A stretch of DNA of 64,000 nucleotides from Phoronis australis (lineage: Eukaryota; Animalia; Phoronida): contig NMRA01000010.1 in the NCBI GenBank assembly GCA_002633005.1, positions 1,804,516-1,868,515 on the forward strand. Direction: 5' to 3'. Of this stretch, positions 51,760 through 64,000 are shown one piece after another. The notes beneath the pieces are model-generated. The model did no database searches. It was not told the origin of the DNA and saw nothing but the letters and a program-made list of their open reading frames with translations. The position numbers and the translations under genes are program-made. The first letter of the stretch is position 1, and each line of letters begins with the position of its first letter.

Positions 51760-53720
51760 AAAGAGAAAAGTGGAAGATTGGGTCACAATACAAGCTTGAA
51801 TGAAACCGTGTGGTTGAATCATAAATATTACACATACTCTGCAGTTGTACTCAAAATGTGAATTCAGTCTCATGTATAGGCGAATGGTCGATTTTTAAAA
51901 GCACGCATATAGACATATTTTAAGTTGGATATAGCATCGTAAGTGTAAATTTTGCACAGGCAGGTGAAAAACAGGTCTTGTCCAGGAGCTTTGAATATAA
52001 TCGTTAAAAGCAAGCCTGATTTCTTAAAAAAATAAACAAGAAACGCTTCATTGTCTATAGAGAAAAAAATACAGTCACATCCATATGCACGTATGGACGC
52101 AAAAATGCAAGCACAACTTAACTACAGCATGTGCATTGCATCGAAGTGTATGCTTATTGCAGCGGTTCAAATTGTCCCTCGCGTAAAAGAGGTGTACCCT
52201 TGAATACAGTGTTCATTTTGAATGTGTTTCAAAAGCGCATCCGGGCATTCACTGAGTACTGGACCCGAACGCATGAAATTCAAACCAGGCGGACTCTGTT
52301 GTCACAGAGGTAAAATACAAATCAGACAATATATCTGAATCTTCCGACTGTGTCAGCGTGAGTCAAATTATTTCTTCTAATTAGTCATTTTGGTAACTTC
52401 ATAATTCTCTGAGCTACAAAGCTACGATGTCATCTATTGAGATGTATATGTAAAATGAGCGAAACAGTTTGTTTCCAGGAAAAATGCCAACTGCCGTTGA
52501 AGGTGTTGCATCAACTGTGTGATCGGTCCATTAAATTCGTGTTGTTCGGCAGTTTGAGAGCACACTTTAAACCTAAGCGCAATAGAGAATTTGTGTTGAA
52601 GGATTTTCTTTAATTTGTTATTACCATAAACACATTTAATTGGTTTGCCTATTAACATTTTTTAAAAATGTTATTATGATCCCATATTAATATAGTATTA
52701 AAAAAATATCTCGAAAAGCAAGACGAATACCCTCAACTCGATCAAGCAGTTTGTTCACGAGAGATATGTACCCATTACTTTCTTTTTTGGTGCTTTAATT
52801 CTGCATGAACCTTTCTTTTTGTTGTACGAATTCACTTTCATTTTCAAAAATGACACGACACCTCAAAGGCGCATTATTGGTTTACGGAAGAAAAACGCAT
52901 GTTGTGTATTTTTGTTGTACGGGGTAAACTTCTTCAAGTTGTAGATATAAGCCTTGATCAGAGCATTTTTCTGATCTTGAGCCTGCCAAACATTCCTTCA
53001 ACAATCCGCTTAAACTACTGTCAAGCGTGGTTTAGCTCCATTAGCAGAGCGATACACTACGGGTTGCAGGTTCGATTCAGCCTTGCGACTGGTCTCGGAA
53101 CACCACACTTGTCGTAGATAATGTCCTTGCGACTGGTCTCAGAACACCACACTAGTCGTAAATAATGTCCGTTTAAAAAATTGGATAAAATTTGATAATA
53201 ACACGGCAGTATAAATGTATTCGTCTTTATCGGAAGTAGAATTTTATTCCACCACAATTAAACAAATTGTACATACAAAATACATGTAGAAAAACAAAAC
53301 ATTTTTAATTCATATCCCAACAGGAAACCACAAACTAGACAAAATGAGGCATCGAATGATTAGGTCACAATACAAATTGAATGCAACTGAGCGTGGTTGA
53401 ATCATAGATAATATACAAACTAGACAAAATCAGAAAAGTGGAAAATTAGGTCACAATACAAGCTTGAATGAAACTGCGTGGTTGAATCATAGATAACACA
53501 CATACTCTGCAGTTGTACTCAAAATGTAAACTCATGAGTCTAATGTATATGCGTATGATCGACTTCTAAAGGCACACATGTATGCACCAAAGTTCACAAA
53601 TTTTAAGTTGGATATAGCCCTGTATGTGTAAATTGTGCACAGGCAGCTGAAAAACAGGGCTTGTCCAAGAGTTTTGAATATAGTCTTGATAAGCAAGCCT
53701 AGTTCTAACAAAATAACCAA
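51760..53720 (+). repeat. ~280-bp direct repeats (51760-52030, 53430-53720) bracketing a diverged partial cassette copy (52050-52990, coiled-coil last exon)
   Basis: AAAAGTGGAA.ATT.GGTCACAATACAAGCTTGAATGAAAC occurs twice; TTCCAG|GAAAAATGCCAACTGCCGTTGAAGG at ~52478 matches exon 7. Confidence 0.8.
53028..53170 (+). mobile_element. tRNA-derived SINE fragment with an internal 44-bp tandem duplication
   Basis: A-box-like TAGCTCCATTAGCAGAGC and B-box GGTTCGATTC, then two copies of CCTTGCGACTGGTCTC.GAACACCACACT.GTCGTA.ATAATGT. Confidence 0.55.
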
Positions 53721-54712
53721 AAAAACACTTCCTTGTCAAAAATGCAAAACTAGTGTGCGTCTTTTAAATTTTCTTCTAAACCAACAAGAGATTTTTTTAA
53801 AAATAAGAACATTTACCGTAGTTCACCTCAACACTTCCAGCTATAATCATGGCACTGGCTGTGAAAAACAAAAACTTTGAATAGATCACTTTCTCAGAGG
53901 AGCAAGTCAACTTAACCAACCTTATTTCAAGCAAAACTGAACTGTTATTTCTTTCTTTGTCAGAAATAGTGTCTCATCCAAATACAGAACAAGTTAAGAC
54001 TAGATTTATAATGATAAGCATCCAAAGTTAAAAGTTAGGTTTTACAGAAGGCCGGTCCACAGCCACAAAGAGTGTTCAAAGTGGCTTGAATTCAAATAAC
54101 CCGTTTCCATATTTTCCCTCACTGAGTCACAATGGAAAAGCTAATGCAGGTTTTTCAGACTCAACTGACTTGGCAACTCCCTCAGATGTCGTTCAAGGTA
54201 ACAATCTTTCAAAAAAATTAATGCAAACATCATCTCCAGAGTACAGTGAAAAGTGTGGGTTTGAGCAAGGCACACACTTTATTTTCCACAAAATTTAAAT
54301 TTCCCATTGGTTATTTCTTAACTTGCTTGCGCAAAGTTGACCCAAGATTCCACTGGTAAGTTCAATCAAAGATGTTTTATTTAAATCAACATACTTCCCT
54401 TTATCAGCATCTGGACATTGATCTTTTCGCAGCTAGAGAGTTTGAGGAATCATGGGAGATTGGCACTCCATCAAAACTACTGACGCGTGTAAAGGACATC
54501 TTTTTGGTAACCATGTAACTTAGCAGTGGTGGAGGCAGGTGTGTAACATCTAGTTAACTACGTAGCTCATAGGAAATCAAGTCAAGTGCCAGAGGCAAGG
54601 ATGTATACGCAAGTTTGTAGTCATAGGGGGGCCTTTCATTAATCTCTACTTTGGGATAGGCACAGATTTTTGGGAGTCTGTAAAAAGGTCAATTTTCAGT
54701 GCCCCAGCATAT

Positions 54713-57700
54713 CTAATACTTAGTGCAGTTTGCAGAGGAATACTGGGTGCACACACTGTCACTGGTTGTCTCTGAGTAGCCTGGTACCTGGTCTAGACGA
54801 CTGACTGGAATAGAGAGCCACATGGGTTGATCAGGTATACAACATATGTGAAGAGCAAGATATGTCACTCGCTGGTTCCCTGCGTGCCGCTAGGTGGATG
54901 GTAGTCAGCACGCAGGTACCACTTAATTTTCCTACCGAAATTTTTTACACTAGAATTTCTGATTGGCTGTTCAAACGCAGGTATCACTTAAATTTCCTCT
55001 GTAAATTTTTTTACACCGGCGTTTCTGATTGGCTAGTCGATTCGTCAACAGGTAGCGCTTTACGCAAACAAACTGGCATGACTGATGGAGGAAGTGTAAA
55101 TGTGGTCTGTTGTACAGACAAATAGGTGCTTAAAATTTATGTTCAGTAAATGTGAATCCCATAAATTGTGGTTGCACCTTTTCGGAGTGCTTCTTTTTAC
55201 TGTCAGTGAGTTTTATTTACGATACTGTCCTGTATTCATACACTATGAATAACACCGCACCGGTTAAATTGGCCAGATATGTGTTTATTGTACATGTATG
55301 TGTTTCAAGCACGCAGCTAATAAACATCACTGGAGAAACGAATCAGTTGCTGCTACGCCACTTGCACAGTCCACCATTTTTTCTCGTTGTTATAAAGCTA
55401 ACCAATGACTTCCGAGGTTACATCAACCAATGCTAAAGCGCGTGCCTACTGCGTGATACCTGCGTGCTGGCTAGGCACGTAGGGACCCAGCGAGGATATG
55501 TCATTTACTGCCATCTGGTGTAGCCTGGTGACAAAACCAAAACTGAATTTGAATTGTTGATTGTGTAGGGAACACATGCAATGGGCATTTATCGCCATCT
55601 GATATAGACTTGTGACAAAGCAAGAGAGGCTGGAGAGTTGAAAACACACGAAAGGAGCAATATACATTGAGTAACGTCATCTGAAACTTATCATGGACAC
55701 GAAAGCCATGCTCAGATGTTCATAATTACACAAACAAATGCAGTCACATCAATTGCAAAGATCTGGGCATTATTTTTGTTCATATAATATTCTATGATCA
55801 TCAAGGATTTCAAAAATGCATGGCTTTATGGGTATACAGTTAATACTTAAAAAGCTATTAAGGAGTTTCATAGCAATTACTACTAGAAATCATAATTTAG
55901 TCTTAAGTTATGACTTGTCAAGACAATGGCATATGAATGTCTTCAGCAGTTCACATACTTGAAGTCAGTTATGAGCCATGTTTTGGTGTAAAAATAACTT
56001 TCTTCATAATCATAATTGATTTTCCAAAGCAAAATCAACATCTTCCTGATCTGAATTTGGTTGTGATAAAATGCCTGTATTCCTATGATAGCTATACCGC
56101 TTCAGAGGCTAGAAATAATCCGCCTGACAAGCAAAAGTCAATGGCCTTCTCTGAAGCAATAATGAATTCTGAATTCTTTTCAAGCCTAGAAATTATTTCT
56201 AATCTGAGTAAGGGACAAAATTAAACTGGTTTCATAACGGCAAATTGCCTGAATCAAAAATAGATTTCTTGACAGAAGGTGTCCATTTATGGCCGATTTC
56301 ATCAGAATTGCAGAGAACTGGCAGAGAGAGTTTACCTGTGATTAAATTGTGTAGATTGCAGTAGTTTGTTCCATAGTCAAGTACAGCATACCATGTTTCT
56401 GAGGTGGAGTGGCCCTGGAAGAACAGCAGTAAGAGTCTTGGAAACAGCTCTTGTCAATCTTGTGATGGACTTGGGTATCTTTGTACAACTCTCCTAGTAT
56501 TTTTTGGTAAGCCGTCGCCAGCCATTACCAAAAACGTCACAAGCATCAAAACTGTATTTTGTACCACAAATGAGCCAGCATACGCTAGCAACAGCAGATT
56601 AAGTTTTTAAAAAATTCCATTTCTCCAATAAAACTTTACAAACACAATATATCGCAGGTAGAGGTGGACAGCTGAAGTTATTTCATACACCACTTATGGC
56701 TAAAATTAATTACATCAGGGCTCAATGTGGCAAACAAAGGTAATTTTATTTTGTTCAAAACTTGAGCTGTTGCAAAAATATTAAAAATGAATAGCAGCAA
56801 ATATAACAATCACTTATGAACTACCATAAGTAATGTACCATACCTACCAGCATTGAAGTCTAAATGACAACCACTACGTGAAGATTACTATAAAGTTTCT
56901 TTAACTAGATCACAATGTGGAACAAAAAATTCTATTTTATCAAAATTTTCAACAAGTTTCAAAACTTCACTCAGACTGTTCACGTGGTGTATCACAGCCT
57001 ATATCTATGTAGTTGTGCGTTAGGTTTCAAGTTTTTTCGAGTAAAAGAATGTAAATTTAAATGTAACGATTTATTACTTGAAAAGAGATAACAATGATGA
57101 AAGCAATGGTAACTGTGCACAGAACTTGTGACATCTCTTGAAAATAGTTAAGTAGCAACAATATTTCATATTGCAGTTACCGAGGAATTGGCGACCCAGT
57201 GGCAGACGACGTAACATTAGCAATTGAAAACTGAGACAGAACGGTCATATACCCGGTAATTAACAGTCCTGTTCTGGATGTCACGACTGAGACCTGATTG
57301 CATGTTAAGTGTTACTCACACTGTTGCAACTGCATTACTCTAAATTATTTTCCGATAGTTTAATGATCGAACCAGCTATCGACCGATGTCGAGTCGACAT
57401 TGACCTACCTTTTGAACTTTCCATGTCAGAGAGGTCGCTGTTGAAGTAGTGCGGGAGGTGAATACGGAAAACATTATTACATGGCCATATTTCCCTTGAC
57501 TGATTCAATTCGTATGGGATAAAAATAAAAAACAAAGCAATTTGACAATTAATGTTGTTCAAGTTTAACAAGATTTTACCCTACCTTCACTTTGCAGGTG
57601 TTACCACTGGGGTTAAAGTTGAACGTTAAATCATCAACATAGTGCTGCTTGGGAGTTTCATGTGTGGCCGTGATCACATGACCATCATTAGACTTCAGCT

Positions 57701-59438
57701 GCAAAATAATCGGTATTAGTCACTTGCAGGGGTCCCGTATGTTGAGAACTGAATAACAGGCATCAAACTGGTTCTCAAAATCTGGCACCCCCTGTAAGTG
57801 ACTATAAGTGATAACATTTAGAACACAATGTGGCCTACAAATGAAATTCTATTTTGACAAAGTTCTCCACAAATATAAAGATTAAGAAAATTTCATTCCA
57901 TTCCTAGCATGACTTGTACTGTTTATATGACATAAAGCAACTTTTGGTAAAGTTTTCATCGTTTGTAGTAAAGTAATCACCCTATGAAAAATGAAAAATG
58001 ACAAATTTCACAATTATTTTAGTGCAAAATAAATACAGAATTATCATAAATTGTATGCATGAACCACTTACAACATAAAGGCATTTCTCTCCTCCTTTAT
58101 CACACCCATGAGGTCCACCCAGTTGTTTAATGGTAGAAGCTATCCGGACATTAACGGAAGTGCAGTTCAAATTGAAAGTCCTGCAAAAGGTGAGTGCCAT
58201 TGAACAAAATGAGTTTTATTTTCATGAACAATCTTATGCTTTAAAATAAACACATATTTCAAAACGAGAGTAGGATTTGATAACAAAACACATTTGCACG
58301 ATTGACCAACATCCACAGATATCAGGCTATATACCATAGTTGCCAACATTTCAACATTAAGAAGCTGGACACCTGTTTCTAGACTTTACTGCTGTTTCTA
58401 CCAGCTGGGTTTGTGAAATGAAGCAGGGAAATGCTTAAAGCTGACACATACATGTACAAGTATGAACACACAATGTGGGAAAGCACTAAATACGCACACA
58501 CCTCAACACACATCGCCTGACGCGTGCACTGTAAAAATGGCCAGTTGCCAATTTGGGCAAGTGAACGAAGGACTGCTAGAAAAAAAGTTTGATTACAGGA
58601 GTATTTGTTCGATTTGAAAGGAATTAAAGACATTGATGGCCTCCTAATGTGTCCTATGTGCAAACGTATTGTGCAACTGTTGTTGAACACGCTAGTGTTC
58701 TTGTGTCACGTATAATTACCGTGATTATTATCGATCAGTTCATTTGTGTCTTTTTGTCATGTACTTAGAACTGCATTCATAGTTGTAAAAAAATCATTTG
58801 CGTTTGACTAGTGCTGATGTGCGGTTGTGTTTTGAGAGCAAAAGGGTGTAAGTACTTTGTCTCGATCGAATTGTACTGCAAATAATTATTTTGTTTAAGA
58901 ACTGTCATTTAGTATGTAGTTCATGCAAGCTATGATTGTTTACGGAAGAGGTTGTTATTAACCTTGCAGTTCAATGGGTTTTTTTTATTTATTTTTCTTT
59001 TTTTTTTTTGCTTTTTTGGTGATCAGACGTTTGCTGCGTGTTAGGGTTTTCAATGTGGTCAGTAAATGAGTACCGAATCAGTTCAAAGACGTTTTGTAGT
59101 ACCAGGTACTTAAAGCAACTTGAATTTGACGGTGTAATCAACTTGTGACATAATTCCGAATTCGCCGAAAAGCGTGTGAAGGCTCTATGTAGAAGAATCG
59201 CCGCCTCTTTTGCTTTAGTAGATACGATTTAAGGAGAACTGTCCACACACACGAGTCATCACCGCAGGGTATTTTTTCACTGAACTCACCAGTCAATAGA
59301 ACACTGGGCGTGAAGCGGGCCACCTTTAGTTACAAACGGGATAGCAATGAAAACAACGGCAACAAACAGCGCAACACCGGTCATGACGAGAATCCAGCAA
59401 TCAACAGTGCAGCACCGACGTCTTCTTCCAGAACACAT
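54713..59438 (-). CDS. Uncharacterised 180-aa Cys-rich type II membrane/secreted protein (DUF1499-like motif)
   Basis: Exons 59438-59290, 58180-58072, 57698-57585, 56414-56336, 54804-54713, all GT-AG and in frame: MCSGRRRRCC-TM-PLHAQC...HETPKQHYVDDLTFNF...STSETWYAVLDYGTNYCNLHNL...CTQYSSANCTKY. Confidence 0.9.
58567..58670. mobile_element. Old relic of the MULE-like TIR family
   Basis: GGACTGCTAGAAAAAAAGTTTGATTACAGGAGTATTTGTTCGATTTGAAAGGAATTAAAGACAT aligns with 30663-30770. Confidence 0.65.
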
Positions 59439-59692
59439 GCAAATGATAACTGGAGTAGTTATGAAACAAATATTGTCATGTGCTGAAATCACGTGACTCA
59501 CTAAGTTGTACGAGAAATCCTGTCATATGACAGGTTATCTAGAATTTTACAGCACAGAAAATTGACAAATTTTAACTATTCGTCATCAAAGTATTTGAAA
59601 GAACTTTCTCAATACTTTATGTTTTTATAAATTCGAAATTAGTCTAATTACCAGAACAAAGTCTCATTCTCCTAATTACCCAGAATTCCGTC

Positions 59693-59720
59693 ATTGTCGT
59701 AGCAACTGAGGAAAATGGCG
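59693..59720 (+). promoter_or_regulatory. RFX X-box-like site and YY1 motif at the shared promoter of CFAP69 and the divergent gene
   Basis: ATTGTCGTAGCAAC (59693-59706) and AAAATGGCG (59712-59720). X-boxes are typical of ciliary gene promoters. Confidence 0.55.
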
Positions 59721-61198
59721 ACTGTCAATGTTTCGGATTTTGTTGGAATGGTGTGAAAGTCTTTGATTTTTCTCATTTCTTCGCGTGTGATTTGCTGTTT
59801 TTAATACTTAAGCAAGGAGGTAGGAAATTAATGAATGTTTCAGAGTCAAATGAATGTTATATTTTGGATTCTAGATGTTTTATTGCCTATGATACTTATC
59901 AGATAGTTATCTGCCTTCAGATGAAGTTGAAACTTGATTATTAAAATATTAAACTTCGAAAGACCGATATTTATTCAACTCGACAGTTGCGACTTGCGAA
60001 TCATGAAAGTTCATTAAAGATAGCACCCAGTCTCCAACTTTCACGACTTCTTTATAAATGGTGAAAGTATTGGAAGCTTTTCACCTTTTAGGTGTAGTCA
60101 CTTTCAGTAGACTGTCAAGTTTTTTGAAATCTTTGTCAGAGTTGCACTTCATGTATAATTATGTCTTTTCATAAGTGAAGTAAGATATCACTGTCATTGT
60201 ATATGTTTAATTGTGCATATCTTATCTACTGCATCTTTGTATATACTCATCATATTTTATCGGTGACGAGCACTTGTGCTATGTTTTTACTTAATTTTCT
60301 GGTTTTCCTGGAAATGCTTACTCCACGTAATAAAACATGTTTTCCTGGGCTTTCAAATAGTGTCACTGAAGAGAAAATTATAGTCAAGCGACTGACATTT
60401 TACATGCGTTAGAAGTCAACTCACTTAGCTTATGATTGTGTGATACCTACTCAACGTTTCCTAAAGCATAAGTTACAATGCTTTCACAACAAGTGGTTAT
60501 TTAATTACCTAGGAATTTTCAGTATTTTTCAATGTATATTTTTGCTTCAAATTTGCAAATTTTTCGAGAGTGGAAACTTCCCAGTCATCTGTTTCACTCA
60601 CTACTTCCGCTTTTAAAAGTAAGATTTTGCAAATATGTGCGATTTTGTAAACAAATTGGTTCACATGCTGTGCAAGGTTTTTGCCTCTGAGATTTTTTAT
60701 GAAACTTTGGCTCTGGTGACAAATGCTGGCCATGTGTGTGTTTTGCATAGCAAACGAGTAAGAATCCCTGTAGCCTCGTTCTTGCGTCTAGGGATGTGGC
60801 TTGGGCTTTACTGGCGGTTAGATTCCAGTCTCTCAAAACCTGTTGTGCAATTTACTCCCAGTTTGGAATCACAGCGCAATCCATCCATTCATATTATAAG
60901 TGTGTTTTACTTTGATCCAGGTAGCTTTTAGTCTCCTTTGTTGTATCGAGTTCTCTGCTTTTAAAAGACTAAGTGACCCATGTATTTTGTATATGTATAC
61001 AATTTCTTGCTGTTGAATTATTGAAAAATCAATAGCTGACATCAGTCAAGATATGATGAGCATTTTCATGAAGAGTATAAAATTTTCTACAATGTCTAAA
61101 TTGCTAGAGTAGACTTAATGATGAGTGTTGTAGGTCCTTTTTGCACATCATAACTGTATGACAAAATCATTTAACTTGAATCTATTTTAGCCAACACA

Positions 61199-64000
61199 AT
61201 GGCTACCCAGACCGTATTGCAATACAGTCGGAAGTCTTTCGGCGATGGCACACAGCTACAGAAGACAGCCACATTTCAGGATACCATTGTTCCTGACAAG
61301 CCAACCATTCCCATTATTGCTCACACTATGACTGATGAGGAACTGGGACTGCTTCAGGTAAGTTTTATCTTGCTTTATCATATTGTTAAAACTTGAACCT
61401 GGGGCCCGTTCCGAGAAACTGACTTAAGTTCATTTTTTACTTAAGTCTAAGATTTGTCTTAACTTCCATACTTTGAAAATTCCACATCCAGTCAGATAGT
61501 TAAAATTAAGATTGAACTTTTATCAAAAACTTAATTCAAACTTAGGATCTCTTGCTGAAAACAGTCTCAAGACAAATTTAAGTTTTTTCTTAAAATTTAC
61601 CAAAATTTAAGATTTGTCTTAGCTAAGTCAGTTTTGTTGGAATGGGCCCCTGGTCTGTTGGACTGTGTTTACCTCGATTACTGAAACCTCTTCAAGGATC
61701 TAGGAATTAGGCAAATACTGTCTAGTTGACCAGATTCAAGTATTAAAAATATGAATTTCTTAAATGGGTCAATATTTTTTTGTTATCTTAATACTTCTTT
61801 GCTTTTTCAAGTATTTCAGTATTTTTTAAACTCATAAACGTTTACTTATTTACACAGTGGGTGTCTATGGTAATATTAATTTGTGCAAAATGTGTACTAC
61901 AAATTAATAGACAGAATTCTTCGATTGAGGCAGTGCTAAACCTAAGAGTAGGACGCACATTAAAGTACATGTTGTCTGGTGTCTTATTCTTGAAGAAGAC
62001 ATTGTGTAATGGTAAAATAATCATTTGTCTCTTCCATATTTTAACACTGTTAACATTAACTTTTCTTGAACAAACATCATTGATATCGACATGTTATTTT
62101 TATTTCAGGGCGCTAAAATACAGCCTGTGAATCTAAATAAAGCTGTGAAATTGTTGACGGACCCTCACTCTGTAAGATTTTTAAACAAGTTTATTTTAGA
62201 ATTCCACTCATAAGCTGGATCTTTGCCAACTGCTCAGCTGGAAGATATCTGGGAACGGCTCTTTTCTTGTCAGAAGTCCATGAAAAATTTAATATGCAAC
62301 CTTAACTGAACTATGCTGTGGTTATGGCTTACACTTAAAGTTCTAAACCTATCGGCTGCGAAAAATGAACTTGCATGGTTAAAATCAAACGTGTTGATTT
62401 CAGTAATAGGCTAGCTTTATTAGCACGTATCTAGTTTCTTGTTTAAGTTTTTATAAATAAGTTATAAGTTGGCCTATAAAACTGTATGTTTTCAAAAAAG
62501 TTATGGTCACAGCATTGTGTTGTGTGTATGAAGGCATTGGTTAGATATTCGTAATCACGTGGTTTGCATTTTTCTCAAAAATCATGATTTTTCACACTGG
62601 TTGTTGTATTTTCCACGAACAATAATTTTTTGACAAATGTGTTTTCTTTTATTCCATTAGATACAAAAGTGTTTGTGGGATTTTCTTTTAAAGCCTTTTA
62701 GCCGGCCATTGAGCTTGGCTGTCTAAAATCATGACTTTCGGGGGTTTTCCTTATTTTTGGCAGTGGAGTTCTCATGCTAAGAAGTTATATTTGCAGACTG
62801 AAGTAATTGTCGTTTCCATAAAAAAAAGTTTTTATAATTAATGATTATTCCTGTCACATGCTTATAAACACCTGTATGTTATTGTGTACATAATGAGACT
62901 TGGTGATCATCAAAGATATGTTTTGATGGCTCTAGTAATACCGGAAAACTTATTAGGAAATTCTATCCTTCTAACCTATTAGCTGCACGTCTTAAGTGCC
63001 ACTGGGTTGGAATTGAGAGGTGACCTGTTATTGAATTGAACTGAAATGGTCCAATTCTTGAATGGCTGGTCATCCTTTGGATTTTCTACCAAGTTTTTAC
63101 TCTGAAATCTTTGCAACAAGTAAAAGTTTGAGACCACTTTTGTTGGGGTGATTTACCAGGTTTTGATTTTGCCTTATCTGACTGAAGAAAATGCAGTTTT
63201 AACATGCCATCTGTTTTTGCTTTGTAAATGTTATGCCTTATTTGCAACAGAGTCATTTCACATTTTTGTATGTCACAATTATCCATTTGAAGAGAAATTT
63301 GAATTTTTTTGCTTGGACATTCTTTTTTGTGGAATTTGTATAATTTAAGTCTCTTTTGCAATTTCCAGGCAGTTTTGTATGACAGACATGTGAACGCGCT
63401 GAATAAAGTGACGAAGCATTACGCACGCGGTTTTATACTCAAGGACTTGGTAGCTATCTTCAAAATACTGAATGTTTGCGCTGATCGCATTGACGATGTG
63501 CCCCTGTATATGGAACCCATGTGTAACATTCTGAAGATATGTAGTCTGCCCTTCTTAAAGGAAAAGACATCTGATGAGGGCAATTATAAACAGATTGCCA
63601 TTGAGTCAATTTCTCAACTGGGTAAGTTAATTTCTAAGCTACATTTAGTGGCAATAACTTCATGCGGAGAGGCTTAAAATTAATGTCGTCTTAGCTATTT
63701 TTGTTTATTAGTCATACCGAGTTCAAAATTGGTCCTCACAGGACTTGAAAGTTTATGACTTCAGGTAAAACGTGACAATCAACATCAGTCATCGGAAATT
63801 TTTCCGATATTTTTGAGCTGACAAAAGCACATATACTGTGAACTTTGCTCTTATTTTTAATATCAAGTTTGAACTCAATACTTGTACTGCTGGTACCATT
63901 GTTTTGTGAATATGTGACGACTATGCACTGACCTTGTCATATTGTGTTTTCTCAAACAGGTTACCTGATGAGAGTTGCTCACAGTGCAGTGCGACTTCAA
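61199..64000 (+). CDS. CFAP69: Cilia- and flagella-associated protein 69, first four coding exons (continues beyond the window)
   Basis: Exons 61199-61357, 62109-62171, 63369-63621, 63960-64000. IPIIAHTMTDEE..QPVNLNKAVKLL..LKDLVAIFKILNVC..LKICSLPFLKEKTSDE..SISQLGYLMRV matches the CFAP69/C7orf63 N-terminus as I recall it. Confidence 0.9.
61402..61649. mobile_element. PIF/Harbinger-type MITE in a CFAP69 intron
   Basis: GGGCCCGTTCC..AAACTGACTTA / TAAGTCAGTTTTGTTGGAATGGGCCC TIRs with a 3-bp CTG TSD and internal TAAGATTTGTCTTAA subrepeats. Confidence 0.8.

Larger units (their letters stand above)
7500..52990 (+). repeat. Tandem segmental duplication: copy 1 ~7.5-21.2 kb, copy 2 ~21.2-34.15 kb, copy 3 ~34.15-51.7 kb, partial diverged copy ~52.05-52.99 kb
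   Basis: The same ordered blocks recur: kinase exon starts at 11470/25405/42757, coiled-coil ATG at 14132/28136/47545, minisatellite at ~8390/21950/34840. Confidence 0.95.

Noticed and set aside
7500-52990. Cassette as an endogenous virus, Maverick/Polinton or autonomous Helitron
   Set aside because: No polymerase, integrase, capsid, packaging ATPase or Rep/helicase was recognised, no terminal repeats bound the unit, and the genes have ordinary spliceosomal introns.
54908-55035. ~65-bp tandem pair with ATTGG boxes
   Set aside because: Intronic two-copy duplication with no further support for function.

Overview
AT-rich, intron-containing animal (probably invertebrate) genomic DNA with one 963-N gap and two single-N joins. 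About 45 kb (~7.5-53 kb) is a tandem array of three full copies and one partial copy of a ~13-17 kb cassette. Each full copy carries a 3-exon protein kinase gene with a ~340-aa Arg/Lys-rich N-terminal exon and an atypical catalytic loop (IND-F-H-x-E-N), and a 7-exon, all-phase-1, ~570-aa orphan coiled-coil gene. Each also has splice signals for a divergent antisense transcript, and three copies of a tiny MG...Cys-cluster/acidic ORF lie in array sequence. The kinase is intact only in copy 3; copies 1 and 2 carry different substitutions at the DFG glycine plus other lesions. The coiled-coil reading frame stays open wherever it was sequenced. The array holds a Mutator-like foldback element, CACAGG-ended MITEs, minisatellites, and a decayed APE-RT LINE containing a captured array fragment. 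To the right, a 5-exon minus-strand gene for a 180-aa Cys-rich type II membrane protein (DUF1499-like motif) lies head-to-head with the first four coding exons of CFAP69. Gene models were spliced by hand from GT-AG signals and frame continuity. No database search was run, and part of copy 2 may be a haplotype or assembly artefact.
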